Shown: positions 9,778 to 20,289 of the stretch, in pieces
How the letters are laid out: each line of letters begins with the position of its first letter
Position numbering within the stretch: the stretch's first letter is position 1
Source of the DNA: Clostridia bacterium
Lineage (GTDB): Bacteria; Bacillota; Clostridia; RGIG6154
Reading direction: 5' to 3'
DNA length: 64,000 nt
NCBI GenBank assembly: GCA_045589295.1
Contig: JAZNOU010000021.1
Span: forward strand, 4,822-68,821
Position numbers and translations under genes: made by a program
Notes under the pieces: model-generated
Told to the model about the DNA's origin: nothing
The model's database searches: none
The model's input: the letters and a program-made list of their open reading frames with translations, nothing else

Positions 9778-10822
9778 CTTTGTTATCCTCCTTCTTTTGT
9801 GCTATTTGTTTCATCTTATTGTTTATTATATCGGTAACATAATCCATAAGGGTAACAGCTTTTCTGTAATCCATTCGATTTGGACCAATAAGCCCGATAA
9901 AACCTTCCATATTATCACTGACCTTATATCTTGAAACTATAAGACTGCAATCTTCAATGGGACTACCCTTTTCACCGATTTTAATAACAATTTTTTTATC
10001 TTTATCACTCGCACTGTTTATCATTTCAAAAACATCTGAGCGATTAGAAACTAGATTTAAAAACTTCTTTGCCTTTTCAACATCTGAGTACTCAGGAAAA
10101 TTAAAAATATTAGCCTGACCGTTAACATAAATATCATTTTCATTAACAACTTCAACGCAATCCTGCATAAATTTAAACACAGCCAGAACAAGTTCAGTTG
10201 AAACTCTTGCTTCATTAACAATCCTAATAATATTGTCCATCTGTATCTCAGAAAAATCAATTCCAGCTAAATTGGCATTAATTGCATTTTCAAGACGATG
10301 TAAATCTTCTTCTTCAAATACTTCTTCAAGAATTATTTTCCTGTCTTTTATAATACCCTCATTGGTAATTATTATTGCAAGAACTACTTTTTTATCAACA
10401 CTTATAAGCCTAATATTTTTAACAGACCCATACATAAGCCTTGGCCCTACCGCAACAGCGGTATAATTAGTTAACTGTGACATAACACCAGAAGTCTTTT
10501 TGATTATTTTATCTAAAAAATCAATTTTATCTTCCATCACAGCTTTAAGTACGTTAATTTCCTCGAGAGTAAGACTATACTGCGTCATAAGCTCATCAAC
10601 ATATAACCTGTATCCCGCAAGCGAAGGCACTCTTCCTGAAGAAGTGTGCGGTTGATTTAACAATCCAAGTTCCTCTAAGTCAGACATTTCATTTCTGATT
10701 GTCGCAGAACTAAGTCCAAGATTATATTTTTTTTCAATAGTTCTTGAACCAACGGGCTCAGCAGTACTGATATAATCATCAACAATAGCTTTTAAAATCA
10801 ACTTTTTTCTATCGTCAATCAT
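9770..10822 (-). CDS. hrcA: Heat-inducible transcription repressor HrcA
   Basis: N-terminal winged HTH (EPVGSRTI) and 350 aa length. It is preceded by a CIRCE element. RBS AGGAGG at 10830-10835. Confidence 0.93.
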   Translation of the reverse strand: MIDDRKKLILKAIVDDYISTAEPVGSRTIEKKYNLGLSSATIRNEMSDLEELGLLNQPHTSSGRVPSLAGYRLYVDELMTQYSLTLEEINVLKAVMEDKIDFLDKIIKKTSGVMSQLTNYTAVAVGPRLMYGSVKNIRLISVDKKVVLAIIITNEGIIKDRKIILEEVFEEEDLHRLENAINANLAGIDFSEIQMDNIIRIVNEARVSTELVLAVFKFMQDCVEVVNENDIYVNGQANIFNFPEYSDVEKAKKFLNLVSNRSDVFEMINSASDKDKKIVIKIGEKGSPIEDCSLIVSRYKVSDNMEGFIGLIGPNRMDYRKAVTLMDYVTDIINNKMKQIAQKKEDNKGE

Positions 10823-10840
10823 TTGTCTTCCTCCTTATTA

Positions 10841-10867
10841 TTAGCACTCACACTTTTTGAGTGCTAA
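10841..10867. promoter_or_regulatory. CIRCE operator (TTAGCACTC-N9-GAGTGCTAA), the HrcA binding site
   Basis: Perfect consensus inverted repeat, 19 nt upstream of the hrcA start. Confidence 0.95.
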
Positions 10868-10871
10868 TAAT

Positions 10872-10900
10872 AAGATACCACTAATTATTTTGTTTGTCAA
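10872..10900 (-). promoter_or_regulatory. Putative sigma-A promoter of the hrcA operon (TTGACA, 17 nt, TATCTT) directly upstream of CIRCE
   Basis: -35 TTGACA (reverse complement of 10895-10900) and a weak -10 at 10872-10877. Confidence 0.4.
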
Positions 10901-11027
10901 TAGTTTTTCAAAAAAAGTTTGACTATTCCTGACTATTATTTTTTTGTCTTATTATAATACATTATGTAAATTATTGTATTGAAATACAATTTGATATTTG
11001 ATATAATAAAAATATCAAAAAGAAAGT

Positions 11028-12404
11028 GTGGTTAAATTGAAAAAAACATTAATTTTTATACTGATTATACTATTTTCTATAAATGTAACCGTATATTCAT
11101 ATCCCATTTATGGTGAGTGGGCTGAACAAGCAATTAGTGATACCATTACCAACCATTTTATTGACAACGATCCTGACAAAGACTACTACCTACCTATTAC
11201 TCGCATCGAACTCGCAAAATTAATGACAAATATCCTAAAAAGCCTAGATAAATCAGATCTTATTACATCTTCTATAACTTTCACAGACACTCAAGACGAA
11301 AATGCAGAATTTGTTTCCCAATTAAATATAATGAATGGCTATGGTGACAACACATTTATGCCTGACAATTATACCACCAGACAGGAAATGTCAAAAATCG
11401 TTCTTGCTTTTTATTCTAATATTACCAACACCCCACTTGCTCTTCCTGAAACATTCAGTTGTATTTTTTCAGATTTCAACAATTTAAATGAATGGGCAAA
11501 ACCATACGTTGACAAAGCAACTTCTATCGGTCTTATAAGCGGATATGAAGACAACACATACAGAGGAGAAAAAACTGTTTCTTGGCAAGAGGTAATTGTT
11601 TTACTTGACAGGGTTTACAATCTGAAACAAGAAATATCTTTAGCCGAAAAAACATATAGTGAAGATTTTAAGTTGGTTACACAATTAACAGATGGTGTTC
11701 TTTACATAAAATGGAACAAAATATACCAGGACAAACCATGCAGTGTAAAAATCACCGAGCAAAGATTATCACGTTATGAGGGCGATATTCCTCCTAACAC
11801 ACCTATTGAATTTTCTTTCAATGAAGAAACGGAGTTTTTATTTAACATCAATCCTAACAAAAAATACACAGTTCATCTTTACAGTGAAGACAAGTACTGT
11901 GAAAAAGAATTTTTCACACCAAAACTTTTATTTGATGACATGAACAGCATTTCAAGCACCTACCCAACCTCACAGGAAGAGGCTGAAGCTTTAATGACAG
12001 AAATAACTGTTCCAATATGGAAACTGGTTAACAACCAAAAAGTTTCTTCACAAGCAACATTTAAAGTCCACAATTTAATCGCAGAAAAAATCTCATTAGT
12101 ATTTAGAGAAATTTTTGAGGGTCCCGAAAAATTTCCTATAAAAGATGTTAATTGCTATACATGGCGCGGTGGTAAAACCGAACACAACGGCGGAACGGCA
12201 ATAGACATTAACAGTAACGAAAACTACTGCATATACAACGACGGAACTACAATTGGCTCATATTGGAAACCACATGAAGACCCATATTCTATCACCCCTT
12301 ACGGCGATGTAGTGAGAGCATTCGAAAAATATGGATTTACATGGGGTGGAGATTCCTGGTTAAATCCAAAAGATTATATGCATTTTTCTTATTTAGGAAC
12401 ATAA
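11028..12404 (+). CDS. Cell-wall-anchored M15-family (LAS, VanY/LdcB-like) zinc peptidase with three N-terminal SLH repeats
   Basis: Signal peptide. Three SLH-like repeats (…WAEQAI…PITRIELAKLM; FTDTQDENAEFVSQLNIMNGYGDNTFMPDNYTTRQEM; FSDFNNLNEWAKPYVDKATSIGLISGYEDNTY). C-terminal HNGGTAIDI … GFTWGGDSW … DYMHFSY metal-binding motifs. Non-ATG (GTG/TTG) start. Confidence 0.75.
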   Translation: MVKLKKTLIFILIILFSINVTVYSYPIYGEWAEQAISDTITNHFIDNDPDKDYYLPITRIELAKLMTNILKSLDKSDLITSSITFTDTQDENAEFVSQLNIMNGYGDNTFMPDNYTTRQEMSKIVLAFYSNITNTPLALPETFSCIFSDFNNLNEWAKPYVDKATSIGLISGYEDNTYRGEKTVSWQEVIVLLDRVYNLKQEISLAEKTYSEDFKLVTQLTDGVLYIKWNKIYQDKPCSVKITEQRLSRYEGDIPPNTPIEFSFNEETEFLFNINPNKKYTVHLYSEDKYCEKEFFTPKLLFDDMNSISSTYPTSQEEAEALMTEITVPIWKLVNNQKVSSQATFKVHNLIAEKISLVFREIFEGPEKFPIKDVNCYTWRGGKTEHNGGTAIDINSNENYCIYNDGTTIGSYWKPHEDPYSITPYGDVVRAFEKYGFTWGGDSWLNPKDYMHFSYLGT

Positions 12405-12408
12405 AAAA

Positions 12409-12435
12409 ATCACCGCAATTAGCGGTGATTTTTTA
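12409..12435. terminator. Bidirectional rho-independent terminator (ATCACCGC/GCGGTGAT)
   Basis: 8-bp GC-rich stem between the convergent genes at 11028-12404 and 12443-14059, flanked by A and T runs. Confidence 0.8.
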
Positions 12436-12442
12436 TGCATAA

Positions 12443-14059
12443 TTATTTATTTTTTGTAAGTGATTTAATTACAAACAATGTAGTAATCAAAACAACAATT
12501 GCAATTGGAAGCAAAACAAATGCATTCTGGATAAAAGCTGCTAAAACGTATGCAACAAAAGACACTGCTGCAACTGTGATTGCATACGGAAGCTGTGTTG
12601 ATACGTGGTTAATATGATTACACTGAGCACCTGCTGATGACATAATTGTTGTATCAGAAATTGGTGAGCAGTGGTCGCCGCAAACTGCACCTGCAAGGCA
12701 TGCAGACATACCAATAATTAAAAGCTCGCTTGTAGGATCGAAAATTGCAGCAACAATCGGAATTAATATACCAAAAGTCCCCCATGATGTACCTGTTGCA
12801 AAAGCAAGAACACAAGCAACTAAGAAGATAATTGCAGGTAAGAAATTAGCAAGACCTGCAGCAGCAGATTTCATTAAAATATCAACGTATTCTGCTGCAC
12901 CTAAAAGACTTGTCATATTTTTTAGTGCTGTTGCGAATGTAAGGATTAAAATAGCCGGAACCATTGCTACAAAACCCTTAGGAATACATTCCATAGCTTC
13001 TTTAAATGTAACAACCCTTCTTACAACAAGATAGATAATTGTTATAACAAGTGCAATCAAAGCACCCCAAGGAAGTCCGACAGTTGCATCAGTATTACCA
13101 AATGCAGTGATAAAATCATCCCCTGCAAAGAAGCCACCAACATATAAAAGACCAAGCACGCAAATAACAACTAAAGAAATTACCGGAAAAATAAGATCAA
13201 TAACTTTACCTCTTGAATTAACCTCTTCAGCAACAGTTGATTCAGCTTTTTCACCGCATGTATACAAGTCGTTGTTATTTATAGCGTTAAACTCATGGAG
13301 TTTCATCGGACCATAGTCTAACTTCATAACTGCAATCGCAACGACAAACACAAGTGTCAAAAGTGAATAGAAGTTGTATGGAATTGCACGAACAAAAAGT
13401 TCAATTCCTGAGTAGCCAGTTCCTTCTGTAAATTCAGAAACCGCCGCAGCCCATGAGGATACCGGTGCAATCATACAAATAGGCGCTGCAGTTGCATCAA
13501 TAATAAATGCAAGTTTAGCACGTGAAATCTTGTGTCTGTCTGTAACAGGTCTCATAACACTGCCAACAGTAAGGCAATTGAAGTAGTCATCAATAAAAAT
13601 AAGTACGCCCAAAAGGAAAGTTGCAAGGATTGCACCTACTCTAGATTTGATATGAGTTTCCGCCCATTTACCAAAAGCAGCCGAACCGCCTGCCTTATTA
13701 ACAAGTGCAACAATAATACCAAGTATTACTAAAAACACAAAAATGCCCGCTGTTCCGGCTGTTGCAGCAATAATACCTTCGTTTAAAAGGTTGTCCATTG
13801 CCATAACGGGTTGCCAGTTAGCTGAAAGCAAACCACCAAGCACTATACCTACAAACAATGAAGAATAAACTTCTTTTGTGATAAGTGCAAGACCGATAGC
13901 AACAATCGGCGGAATTAACGCCCAAAATGTTGAAAAATACTTGCTCTGGAATTCCTCAGCTTCGCTGCCATCAGCAAAAGCAACGCATGACAAAGTAATA
14001 ACAAAAGTCATAACAACGAGGATTGCCAAAAATAATTTTTTGTTTGAAAATAATTTCAT
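12443..14059 (-). CDS. NhaC-family transporter under lysine-riboswitch control (LysW-like putative lysine transporter)
   Basis: 538 aa polytopic protein with the NhaC signature CGDHCSPISDTTIMSS. An L-box riboswitch with an attenuator lies in its 5' leader. Confidence 0.75.
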   Translation of the reverse strand: MKLFSNKKLFLAILVVMTFVITLSCVAFADGSEAEEFQSKYFSTFWALIPPIVAIGLALITKEVYSSLFVGIVLGGLLSANWQPVMAMDNLLNEGIIAATAGTAGIFVFLVILGIIVALVNKAGGSAAFGKWAETHIKSRVGAILATFLLGVLIFIDDYFNCLTVGSVMRPVTDRHKISRAKLAFIIDATAAPICMIAPVSSWAAAVSEFTEGTGYSGIELFVRAIPYNFYSLLTLVFVVAIAVMKLDYGPMKLHEFNAINNNDLYTCGEKAESTVAEEVNSRGKVIDLIFPVISLVVICVLGLLYVGGFFAGDDFITAFGNTDATVGLPWGALIALVITIIYLVVRRVVTFKEAMECIPKGFVAMVPAILILTFATALKNMTSLLGAAEYVDILMKSAAAGLANFLPAIIFLVACVLAFATGTSWGTFGILIPIVAAIFDPTSELLIIGMSACLAGAVCGDHCSPISDTTIMSSAGAQCNHINHVSTQLPYAITVAAVSFVAYVLAAFIQNAFVLLPIAIVVLITTLFVIKSLTKNK

Positions 14060-14105
14060 CCCAAACTCCTCCTTAAAAAAATGCTTAAAATCTAATACTT
14101 TCTAA

Positions 14106-14136
14106 ATAAAAAAACACAAGAGTGCATTGCGCTCTT
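14106..14136 (-). terminator. Riboswitch expression-platform terminator (CAAGAG…CTCTTG plus U-run) 45 nt upstream of the transporter RBS
   Basis: The minus-strand hairpin is followed by TGTTTTTTT. The RBS AAGGAGG precedes the ATG at 14059. Confidence 0.7.
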
Positions 14137-14149
14137 GTATTTAAGTTTA

Positions 14150-14320
14150 CTTGAAGAAAGATAGCGCTCCACATTAATAGTGACAGTACGCCGCATATTA
14201 TACGGAATACCAGCAACAAAGACTTGGCAAATCTTTGAAACTTCGGCGATAATTCCTTTCACATATTCAAAGTGCCGTTTACTAAAATGCTACTGATAAT
14301 TACCGCGCCTCTATCAAATA
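14150..14320 (-). ncRNA. Lysine riboswitch (L-box) aptamer
   Basis: Minus-strand motifs GATAGAGGCGC, TGTGAAAGG, CGCCGAAG, TTGCTGG, CTGTCA and GGAGCGCTAT in the order and spacing of the B. subtilis lysC L-box. Confidence 0.75.
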
Positions 14321-14342
14321 TTAAATTTTAATGATTAACTAA

Positions 14343-14371
14343 ATGTTAACATAGTTTACAAAATGTGTCAA
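14343..14371 (-). promoter_or_regulatory. Promoter of the L-box leader (TTGACA, 17 nt, TAACAT)
   Basis: -35 is the reverse complement of 14366-14371. -10 is the reverse complement of 14343-14348. Confidence 0.45.
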
Positions 14372-14389
14372 GACATTTTACGACAAAAA

Positions 14390-15028
14390 TCAAAACGAAA
14401 TAACACATCTGTTGATAGTAAAACCCTTTTCGGAAAAATTCTTTTCATACTCAGTCATAATATTATTTTCATTATATTCTGAATTGTGTAAATCAAATGT
14501 AAGTTCTGAAACTATTGCTCCGAATTCTTCAAACTGTTCAAGTGAAAAATCAAAAAGAGGTCTGTTGTCTGTTTTAAAATGCACCTGACCGCCTTTAACT
14601 AAAACAGACTTATATTTTTCAAGAAAAGTACAATATGTAAGTCTTCTTTTTGCCTGACGTGACTTTTTCCACGGGTCAGAAAAATTAAGATATATTCTTT
14701 CAACTTCGCCACATTCAAAAATTTCTGTTAAAACGTTTGCATCTCCGAACATAAATCTTACATTTTTAATATCTGCATCTTTTATTTTTTCCATAGCAAG
14801 AATCAAAACATCAAGGCATTTCTCAATAGCCAAATAATTTATATTAGGATTTCTTTCAGCAAGTTCTTTTATAAACCCGCCTTTTCCGCAACCGATTTCA
14901 ATATGAATTGGATTATCATTTCCAAAAAGTTCTTTCCACTTACCTTTTTGATTCTGTGGCTCCGAAACAGCAAATTCAACACAATTTTCAAATCGTAAGT
15001 CTCTGTTTTTTTTACGTCGCATTCTCAT
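14390..15028 (-). CDS. trmB: tRNA (guanine46-N7)-methyltransferase
   Basis: MRMRRKKN… start and the SAM motif IEIGCGKGGF. Confidence 0.9.
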   Translation of the reverse strand: MRMRRKKNRDLRFENCVEFAVSEPQNQKGKWKELFGNDNPIHIEIGCGKGGFIKELAERNPNINYLAIEKCLDVLILAMEKIKDADIKNVRFMFGDANVLTEIFECGEVERIYLNFSDPWKKSRQAKRRLTYCTFLEKYKSVLVKGGQVHFKTDNRPLFDFSLEQFEEFGAIVSELTFDLHNSEYNENNIMTEYEKNFSEKGFTINRCVISF

Positions 15029-15032
15029 AAAA

Positions 15033-16850
15033 TCACCTGTTTGACCTATTTTTAGCTCTTAAGCCGTTATCAAGAATTTTCTTTCTTATTCTTATATTTT
15101 TAGGCGTTACTTCAATAAGTTCATCACTGCCGATAAATTCAATTGCCTCTTCAAGACTCATAATTCTTGGTGGAATTAATCTCAAAGCATCATCTGCACC
15201 TGAAGAACGTGTATTTGTTAGATGTTTTTTCTTGCAAACATTAACATTAATATCTTCTGCCTTAGGTGACTCACCAACAACCATGCCTTCGTATACCGGC
15301 GTGCCTGCTCCAATAAAAAGGCTACCTCTTTCCTGAGCATTGTATAGTCCGTATGTCACCGCTTCACCAGATTCAAACGCAACCAATGAACCAGTGCTTC
15401 TGCCATCAATATCACCTTTATATGGCTGATATGAATCAAACACTGTATTCAATATACCTTCACCTTTTGTATCTGTTAAAAATTGATTTTTATAACCAAA
15501 CAAACCTCTCGAAGGAATTAAAAATTCAAGTTTAGTTCTTGTGCCTTTAGGCTCCATAGAAACCAATTCTGACTTTCTAGTGCCAAGTCTGCTCATAACT
15601 GCACCAACTGAATCATCAGGAACGTCAATAACAACTCTTTCAATTGGTTCACAAGTCTTACCATCGACTTCTTTAAAGAGCACTTTAGGTGTGCTTACCG
15701 CAAACTCATACCCCTCTCTTCTCATTGTTTCTATCAGGATAGAAAGATGCATTTCACCTCTTCCGCAAACCTTAAATGAATCGGTAGTATCACCATCCTC
15801 AACTCTTATAGAAACATCTTTTAAAAGCTCTTTAAACAATCTGTCGCGAAGTTGTCTTGATGTAACAAACTTACCGTCTTTGCCTGCAAACGGGCTATCA
15901 TTAACAGAAAATGTCATCTCAACAGTAGGCTCGCTGATTTTTACAAATGGAATTGGCTCAACTGAAGCCGTATCACAAAGCGTGTTACCAATTGTTATAT
16001 CACCAACACCTGAGAAGCAAACAATATCACCTACTTTTGCTTCGCTTACAGGTTGCCTTGTAAGTCCTTCTATCTGATACAAATTAACAACCTTGCTCTT
16101 ATAGGGATTAGTATTTCCATGATAATCACAAACGGTAATTTCCTGATTTTGTTTTAATACTCCTCTTTCAATTCTGCCAATACCTATTCTTCCTACATAT
16201 TCATTATAGTCGATTGAAGAAACAAGCACCTGTGCAGGCCCTTTTTCATCACCTTCTGGTGCTGGCACCTGAGCCAGTATCTTTTCAAATAGAGGAATCA
16301 AATTTTCACCCTTACTATCTGGTGTAAGAGAAGCTGTTCCATCTCTGCCTGAACAGAATAAAACAGGACTGTCAAGTTGCTCATTAGTAGCATCAAGTTC
16401 TATTAAAAGTTCCAAAACCTCATCTATTACTTCATCAATTCTAGCATCAGGTTTATCAATCTTATTAATAGCAACGATTAAATTGTGACCAAGTTCTAAC
16501 GCTTTTTGTAAAACGAAACGTGTCTGTGGCATTGGCCCCTCTGCTGCATCTACAAGCAAAATAACACCATCAACCATTTTAAGAACACGTTCAACCTCAC
16601 CGCCGAAATCTGCATGTCCCGGGGTGTCAACAACATTTATTTTAACATCTTTATAGTAAATAGATGTGTTTTTTGCAAGGATAGTAATTCCACGTTCTTT
16701 TTCAAGGTCATTAGAATCCATAACTCTTTCTTCCACAACTTGATTTTCTCTGAAAGTACCGCTTTGTTTAAGCATTTCATCAACCAAAGTTGTTTTTCCG
16801 TGGTCTACGTGCGCAATAATTGCAATATTTCTTAAATCTTCTCTAATCAT
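15033..16850 (-). CDS. typA: Translational GTPase TypA/BipA
   Basis: [13 protein letters not shown] and DTPGHADF G-domain motifs, 605 aa. Confidence 0.95.
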   Translation of the reverse strand: MIREDLRNIAIIAHVDHGKTTLVDEMLKQSGTFRENQVVEERVMDSNDLEKERGITILAKNTSIYYKDVKINVVDTPGHADFGGEVERVLKMVDGVILLVDAAEGPMPQTRFVLQKALELGHNLIVAINKIDKPDARIDEVIDEVLELLIELDATNEQLDSPVLFCSGRDGTASLTPDSKGENLIPLFEKILAQVPAPEGDEKGPAQVLVSSIDYNEYVGRIGIGRIERGVLKQNQEITVCDYHGNTNPYKSKVVNLYQIEGLTRQPVSEAKVGDIVCFSGVGDITIGNTLCDTASVEPIPFVKISEPTVEMTFSVNDSPFAGKDGKFVTSRQLRDRLFKELLKDVSIRVEDGDTTDSFKVCGRGEMHLSILIETMRREGYEFAVSTPKVLFKEVDGKTCEPIERVVIDVPDDSVGAVMSRLGTRKSELVSMEPKGTRTKLEFLIPSRGLFGYKNQFLTDTKGEGILNTVFDSYQPYKGDIDGRSTGSLVAFESGEAVTYGLYNAQERGSLFIGAGTPVYEGMVVGESPKAEDINVNVCKKKHLTNTRSSGADDALRLIPPRIMSLEEAIEFIGSDELIEVTPKNIRIRKKILDNGLRAKNRSNR

Positions 16851-16894
16851 TTTAATCTCCCGCCGTAATTAATTGCACTTAATATACTCGTTAA

Positions 16895-18175
16895 CTATTT
16901 TGAGTGAACGTTCAGAAATTTTAAGATTTTTTCCCTTTTTTTCTTTATACGTTCAGGCAAAGATGGAATAATACCGAAATTTATATTCATTGGCTGAAAC
17001 TTAACAACAGTTTCGTCGCTAATATAATGAGAAAGCGCACCTATTGCAGTTTCGCGTGGTAAAACCTTAGCTTGTCCATCTTTGATGATTTGCGACAAAT
17101 ATAAACCAACTGCAAGACCTGAAGCTGCAGATTCTATATAACCTTCAACACCTGTAATCTGCCCTGCAAAAAATATCTTTTCATTTTTCTTGAGTTGGTA
17201 CATATTATTCAAAAGATTTGGTGAGTTAATATATGTGTTTCTGTGCATAACACCATATCTGACAAATTCTGCGTTTTTAAGTGCTGGTATTAAACCAAAC
17301 ACTCTTTTCTGTTCACCAAATTTTAAATGTGTCTGAAATCCTACCAAATTATAAAGTGTGGCTTCTGAATTATCCTGCCTTAACTGCACAACTGCATAAG
17401 GCTCTTTTCCCGTTTTGGGATCCGGAAGCCCCACTGGTTTTAATGGTCCAAACAACAAAGTTTGCTCACCGCGAGATGCCATAACTTCAACCGGCATACA
17501 CCCCTCAAACACTTTATTGTTTTCAAACTCTTTAAGCTGTGCACACTCGGCAGTAATAAGCTCATTATAAAAAATTTCATATTCTTCCCTATTCATAGGA
17601 CAGTTTATATAACAAGCTTCCCCTTTATCATATCTGGACGCCTTATAAGCATTTTCAAAATCAATAGATTCCGCTGTAACAACTGGTGCTGCTGCATCAA
17701 AAAAGTGCAGATACTCATCGCCAGTAAGTTCCGCAATTTTTTTTGATAACCCATCTGAAGTAAGCGGACCTGTAGCAATGACCGTATAATCTCCTTGAGG
17801 AATTTCAGTAACTTCACCGCTTACAATTTCTATATTTTCGTTTGCTGAAAGAACATCACTAATATATGCAGAAAACTTTTCCCTATCTACTGCCAAAGCG
17901 CCTCCTGCAGGCACACTGTTCAAATCTGCCGATTTGATTATTATTGAATCAAACGCACGCATCTCTTCTTTTAAAAGGCCCGGTGCATTTTCAAGCCCTG
18001 CAGCTCTTAAAGAATTTGAACATACAAGTTCTGCAAATGTTTTTAGCGAATGTGCAGGAGAATACTTTTGCGGTTTCATTTCAAAAAGTTTAACCTTTAT
18101 TCCTCTTCTAGATAGCTGCCATGCACATTCCGAACCCGCAAGACCTGCTCCTATCACATTAACTGTCAAACTCAT
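16895..18175 (-). CDS. trmFO: Methylenetetrahydrofolate-tRNA-(uracil54-C5)-methyltransferase TrmFO
   Basis: [18 protein letters not shown] motif, 426 aa, downstream of topA as in Bacillus. Confidence 0.92.
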   Translation of the reverse strand: MSLTVNVIGAGLAGSECAWQLSRRGIKVKLFEMKPQKYSPAHSLKTFAELVCSNSLRAAGLENAPGLLKEEMRAFDSIIIKSADLNSVPAGGALAVDREKFSAYISDVLSANENIEIVSGEVTEIPQGDYTVIATGPLTSDGLSKKIAELTGDEYLHFFDAAAPVVTAESIDFENAYKASRYDKGEACYINCPMNREEYEIFYNELITAECAQLKEFENNKVFEGCMPVEVMASRGEQTLLFGPLKPVGLPDPKTGKEPYAVVQLRQDNSEATLYNLVGFQTHLKFGEQKRVFGLIPALKNAEFVRYGVMHRNTYINSPNLLNNMYQLKKNEKIFFAGQITGVEGYIESAASGLAVGLYLSQIIKDGQAKVLPRETAIGALSHYISDETVVKFQPMNINFGIIPSLPERIKKKREKILKFLNVHSK

Positions 18176-20286
18176 TTGCCTCCTTTTTTAGCAACTGCAT
18201 TCGTAATTGTTGCATTTGATTTACATTCAGGATTACTGCACTTGATTTTCTTTCTGCCCCTGAAAATGTTTCTGACCATCATACTTCCGCAAATTTCGCA
18301 TTTTTCCTTTAGTGGCTCATCCCATGTCATAAAATCACAAGTTGGATTATTCTCACAGCCAAAATATTTTTTGCCTTTTGCTGATTTCTTCTCCAAAATC
18401 CTACTACCACACTTAGGACAGTTAACCCCTGTTTCAACAGCGATTGCTTTAGTATTTCTGCACGCAGGGAACCCTGGGCAAGCCAAAAACTTCCCAAATC
18501 TGCCCTGCTTTATTACCATTGTGCGTCCGCATTTTTCGCACACAATATCGCTTTCTTCATCCTGAATAACAACTTTTTCCATTTTTGATTCAGCTTCTTT
18601 AATTTCTTCCTTTAGATTACCATAGAATTCATTAAGGATATCTGTCCAAAGTTTACCATCTTCAATTTCATCAAGTTGTTTTTCCATATTAGCAGTAAAA
18701 TCAACATCTACTATATTGGCAAAATGCTTGGCCATAAGACTATTCACAATTCCACCAAGTTCAGTTGGTTTTAATGATTTTTGTTCTTTAACAATATATC
18801 CTCTGTCAAGGATAGTTGAAATTGTAGGTGAATAGGTACTAGGTCTTCCGATACCATTCTCTTCCATCGTCCTGATTAAAGAAGCTTCAGTATACCTGGA
18901 CGGCGGTGCTGTAAAGTTTTGCTTTGACACAATTTCATCAGTTATTACCCTTTCGCCTTCGCTAAGCATTGGAAGCATTGTTTCTTCCTGTTTTGCTTCA
19001 TCTGTTGATTCTTCATAAATCTTTGTAAAACCAGCAAACTTAACTTTTACGCCACTAGCTTTAAACACATATTTATCTGCACACACATCAACACTTATAG
19101 TATCATAAACTGCCTTAGACATCTGGCTTGCTACAAATCTTTCCCAAATAAGTTTATATAATTTGAACTGTTCCGGTTTCAAAGATTCTTTTACCGATGC
19201 TGGTGTCAGGAAAACATTTGTAGGTCTAATAGCCTCGTGAGCATCTTGTGCGTTATTCTTTGTTTTGTATTGTGGCATATAGCTTGGCACATACTCAGGT
19301 GAATAGTTTTCTTTTAAAAACGCTTTACATGCCACACCTGCTTCTTGCGATACTCTAAGTGAGTCTGTTCTCATATATGTGATAAGACCTATCGCACCTT
19401 GTCCCTTGATTTCAACACCTTCATAAAGTGTTTGCGCTACACTCATAGTTCTCTTTGTTGTAAAATTAAGCTTTCTTGATGCCTCTTGCTGAAGAGTTGA
19501 CGTTGTAAATGGAGGTGCGGGATTTTTTTCTTTAATTCCTGTTTTTAAATTTTTAACAAAGAAATCTGAGTCATCTAATACAGATAAAACTTTATCGGCT
19601 TCATCCTTTGAAGTAATTTCAAGCTTACCTTTGTCCGTTCCAAAAAATTTTGCAACAAATTTTTCTTTTTTATTTTCCCTGGTAAATTCACCGGTAATTG
19701 TCCAATATTCTTTCGGAACAAAGCTGTTGATTTCCTCTTCACGATCACAAATAATTTTTGTTGCAACTGACTGCACGCGCCCTGCGCTAAGTCCTTTTTT
19801 AACATTTTTCCACAATAGCGGGCTTATTTTATAGCCAACAATTCTATCTAAAATTCTTCGTGCTTGCTGAGCATTAACAAGATCTTCATCAATAGGTCTT
19901 GCATACTTTAAGCTTTCTTTTACGGCATTTTTAGTGATTTCATTAAAAGTGATTCTCACATTATCTTTTCCGTTAATTCCAAGCACATTAGAAAGATGCC
20001 ATGAAATAGCTTCACCCTCGCGGTCCGGGTCAGTTGCAAGATACACTTTTTTTGAAACTGAGGCTTCCTTTTTTAATTTTGAAAGAAGCTCCCCTTTTCC
20101 TCTTATAGTAATATATTTAGGTTCAAAGTTATTTTCTAAATCAACTCCGATTTGACTTTTAGGCAGATCAACAAGATGGCCCATAGAAGCCATAACTTTA
20201 TAGTTCTTACCAAGATATTTTTTTATGGTGTTCGCCTTAGCCGGTGATTCAACAATCACTAAATTATCTGACATATTTTCCTCCAT
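18172..20286 (-). CDS. topA: DNA topoisomerase I
   Basis: TOPRIM N-terminus [10 protein letters not shown] and C-terminal Cys4 zinc ribbons, 704 aa. Confidence 0.95.
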   Translation of the reverse strand: MEENMSDNLVIVESPAKANTIKKYLGKNYKVMASMGHLVDLPKSQIGVDLENNFEPKYITIRGKGELLSKLKKEASVSKKVYLATDPDREGEAISWHLSNVLGINGKDNVRITFNEITKNAVKESLKYARPIDEDLVNAQQARRILDRIVGYKISPLLWKNVKKGLSAGRVQSVATKIICDREEEINSFVPKEYWTITGEFTRENKKEKFVAKFFGTDKGKLEITSKDEADKVLSVLDDSDFFVKNLKTGIKEKNPAPPFTTSTLQQEASRKLNFTTKRTMSVAQTLYEGVEIKGQGAIGLITYMRTDSLRVSQEAGVACKAFLKENYSPEYVPSYMPQYKTKNNAQDAHEAIRPTNVFLTPASVKESLKPEQFKLYKLIWERFVASQMSKAVYDTISVDVCADKYVFKASGVKVKFAGFTKIYEESTDEAKQEETMLPMLSEGERVITDEIVSKQNFTAPPSRYTEASLIRTMEENGIGRPSTYSPTISTILDRGYIVKEQKSLKPTELGGIVNSLMAKHFANIVDVDFTANMEKQLDEIEDGKLWTDILNEFYGNLKEEIKEAESKMEKVVIQDEESDIVCEKCGRTMVIKQGRFGKFLACPGFPACRNTKAIAVETGVNCPKCGSRILEKKSAKGKKYFGCENNPTCDFMTWDEPLKEKCEICGSMMVRNIFRGRKKIKCSNPECKSNATITNAVAKKGGK

Positions 20287-20289
20287 ATA

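Noticed and set aside
14150-14320. T-box or S-box as alternative identities of the lysW leader.
   Set aside because: No T-box sequence and no specifier-loop/antiterminator pair. No S-box GAGGGA/GCAACC motifs. The AGAGGCGC, CGCCGAAG, UUGCUGG and GGAGCGCUAU set is specific to the L-box.
15541-16077. 178-aa plus-strand ORF antisense to typA. Similar long antisense ORFs are at 34632-35294 (hprK), 31838-32413 and 30659-31024 (yloV), 33509-34033 (glcK), 18176-18565 (topA) and 43796-44152 (prkC).
   Set aside because: Ser/Thr/Pro/Leu-rich, low-complexity translations typical of the reverse frame of AT-rich coding DNA. Each is fully embedded in a well-supported conserved gene, with no RBS or conserved motifs.
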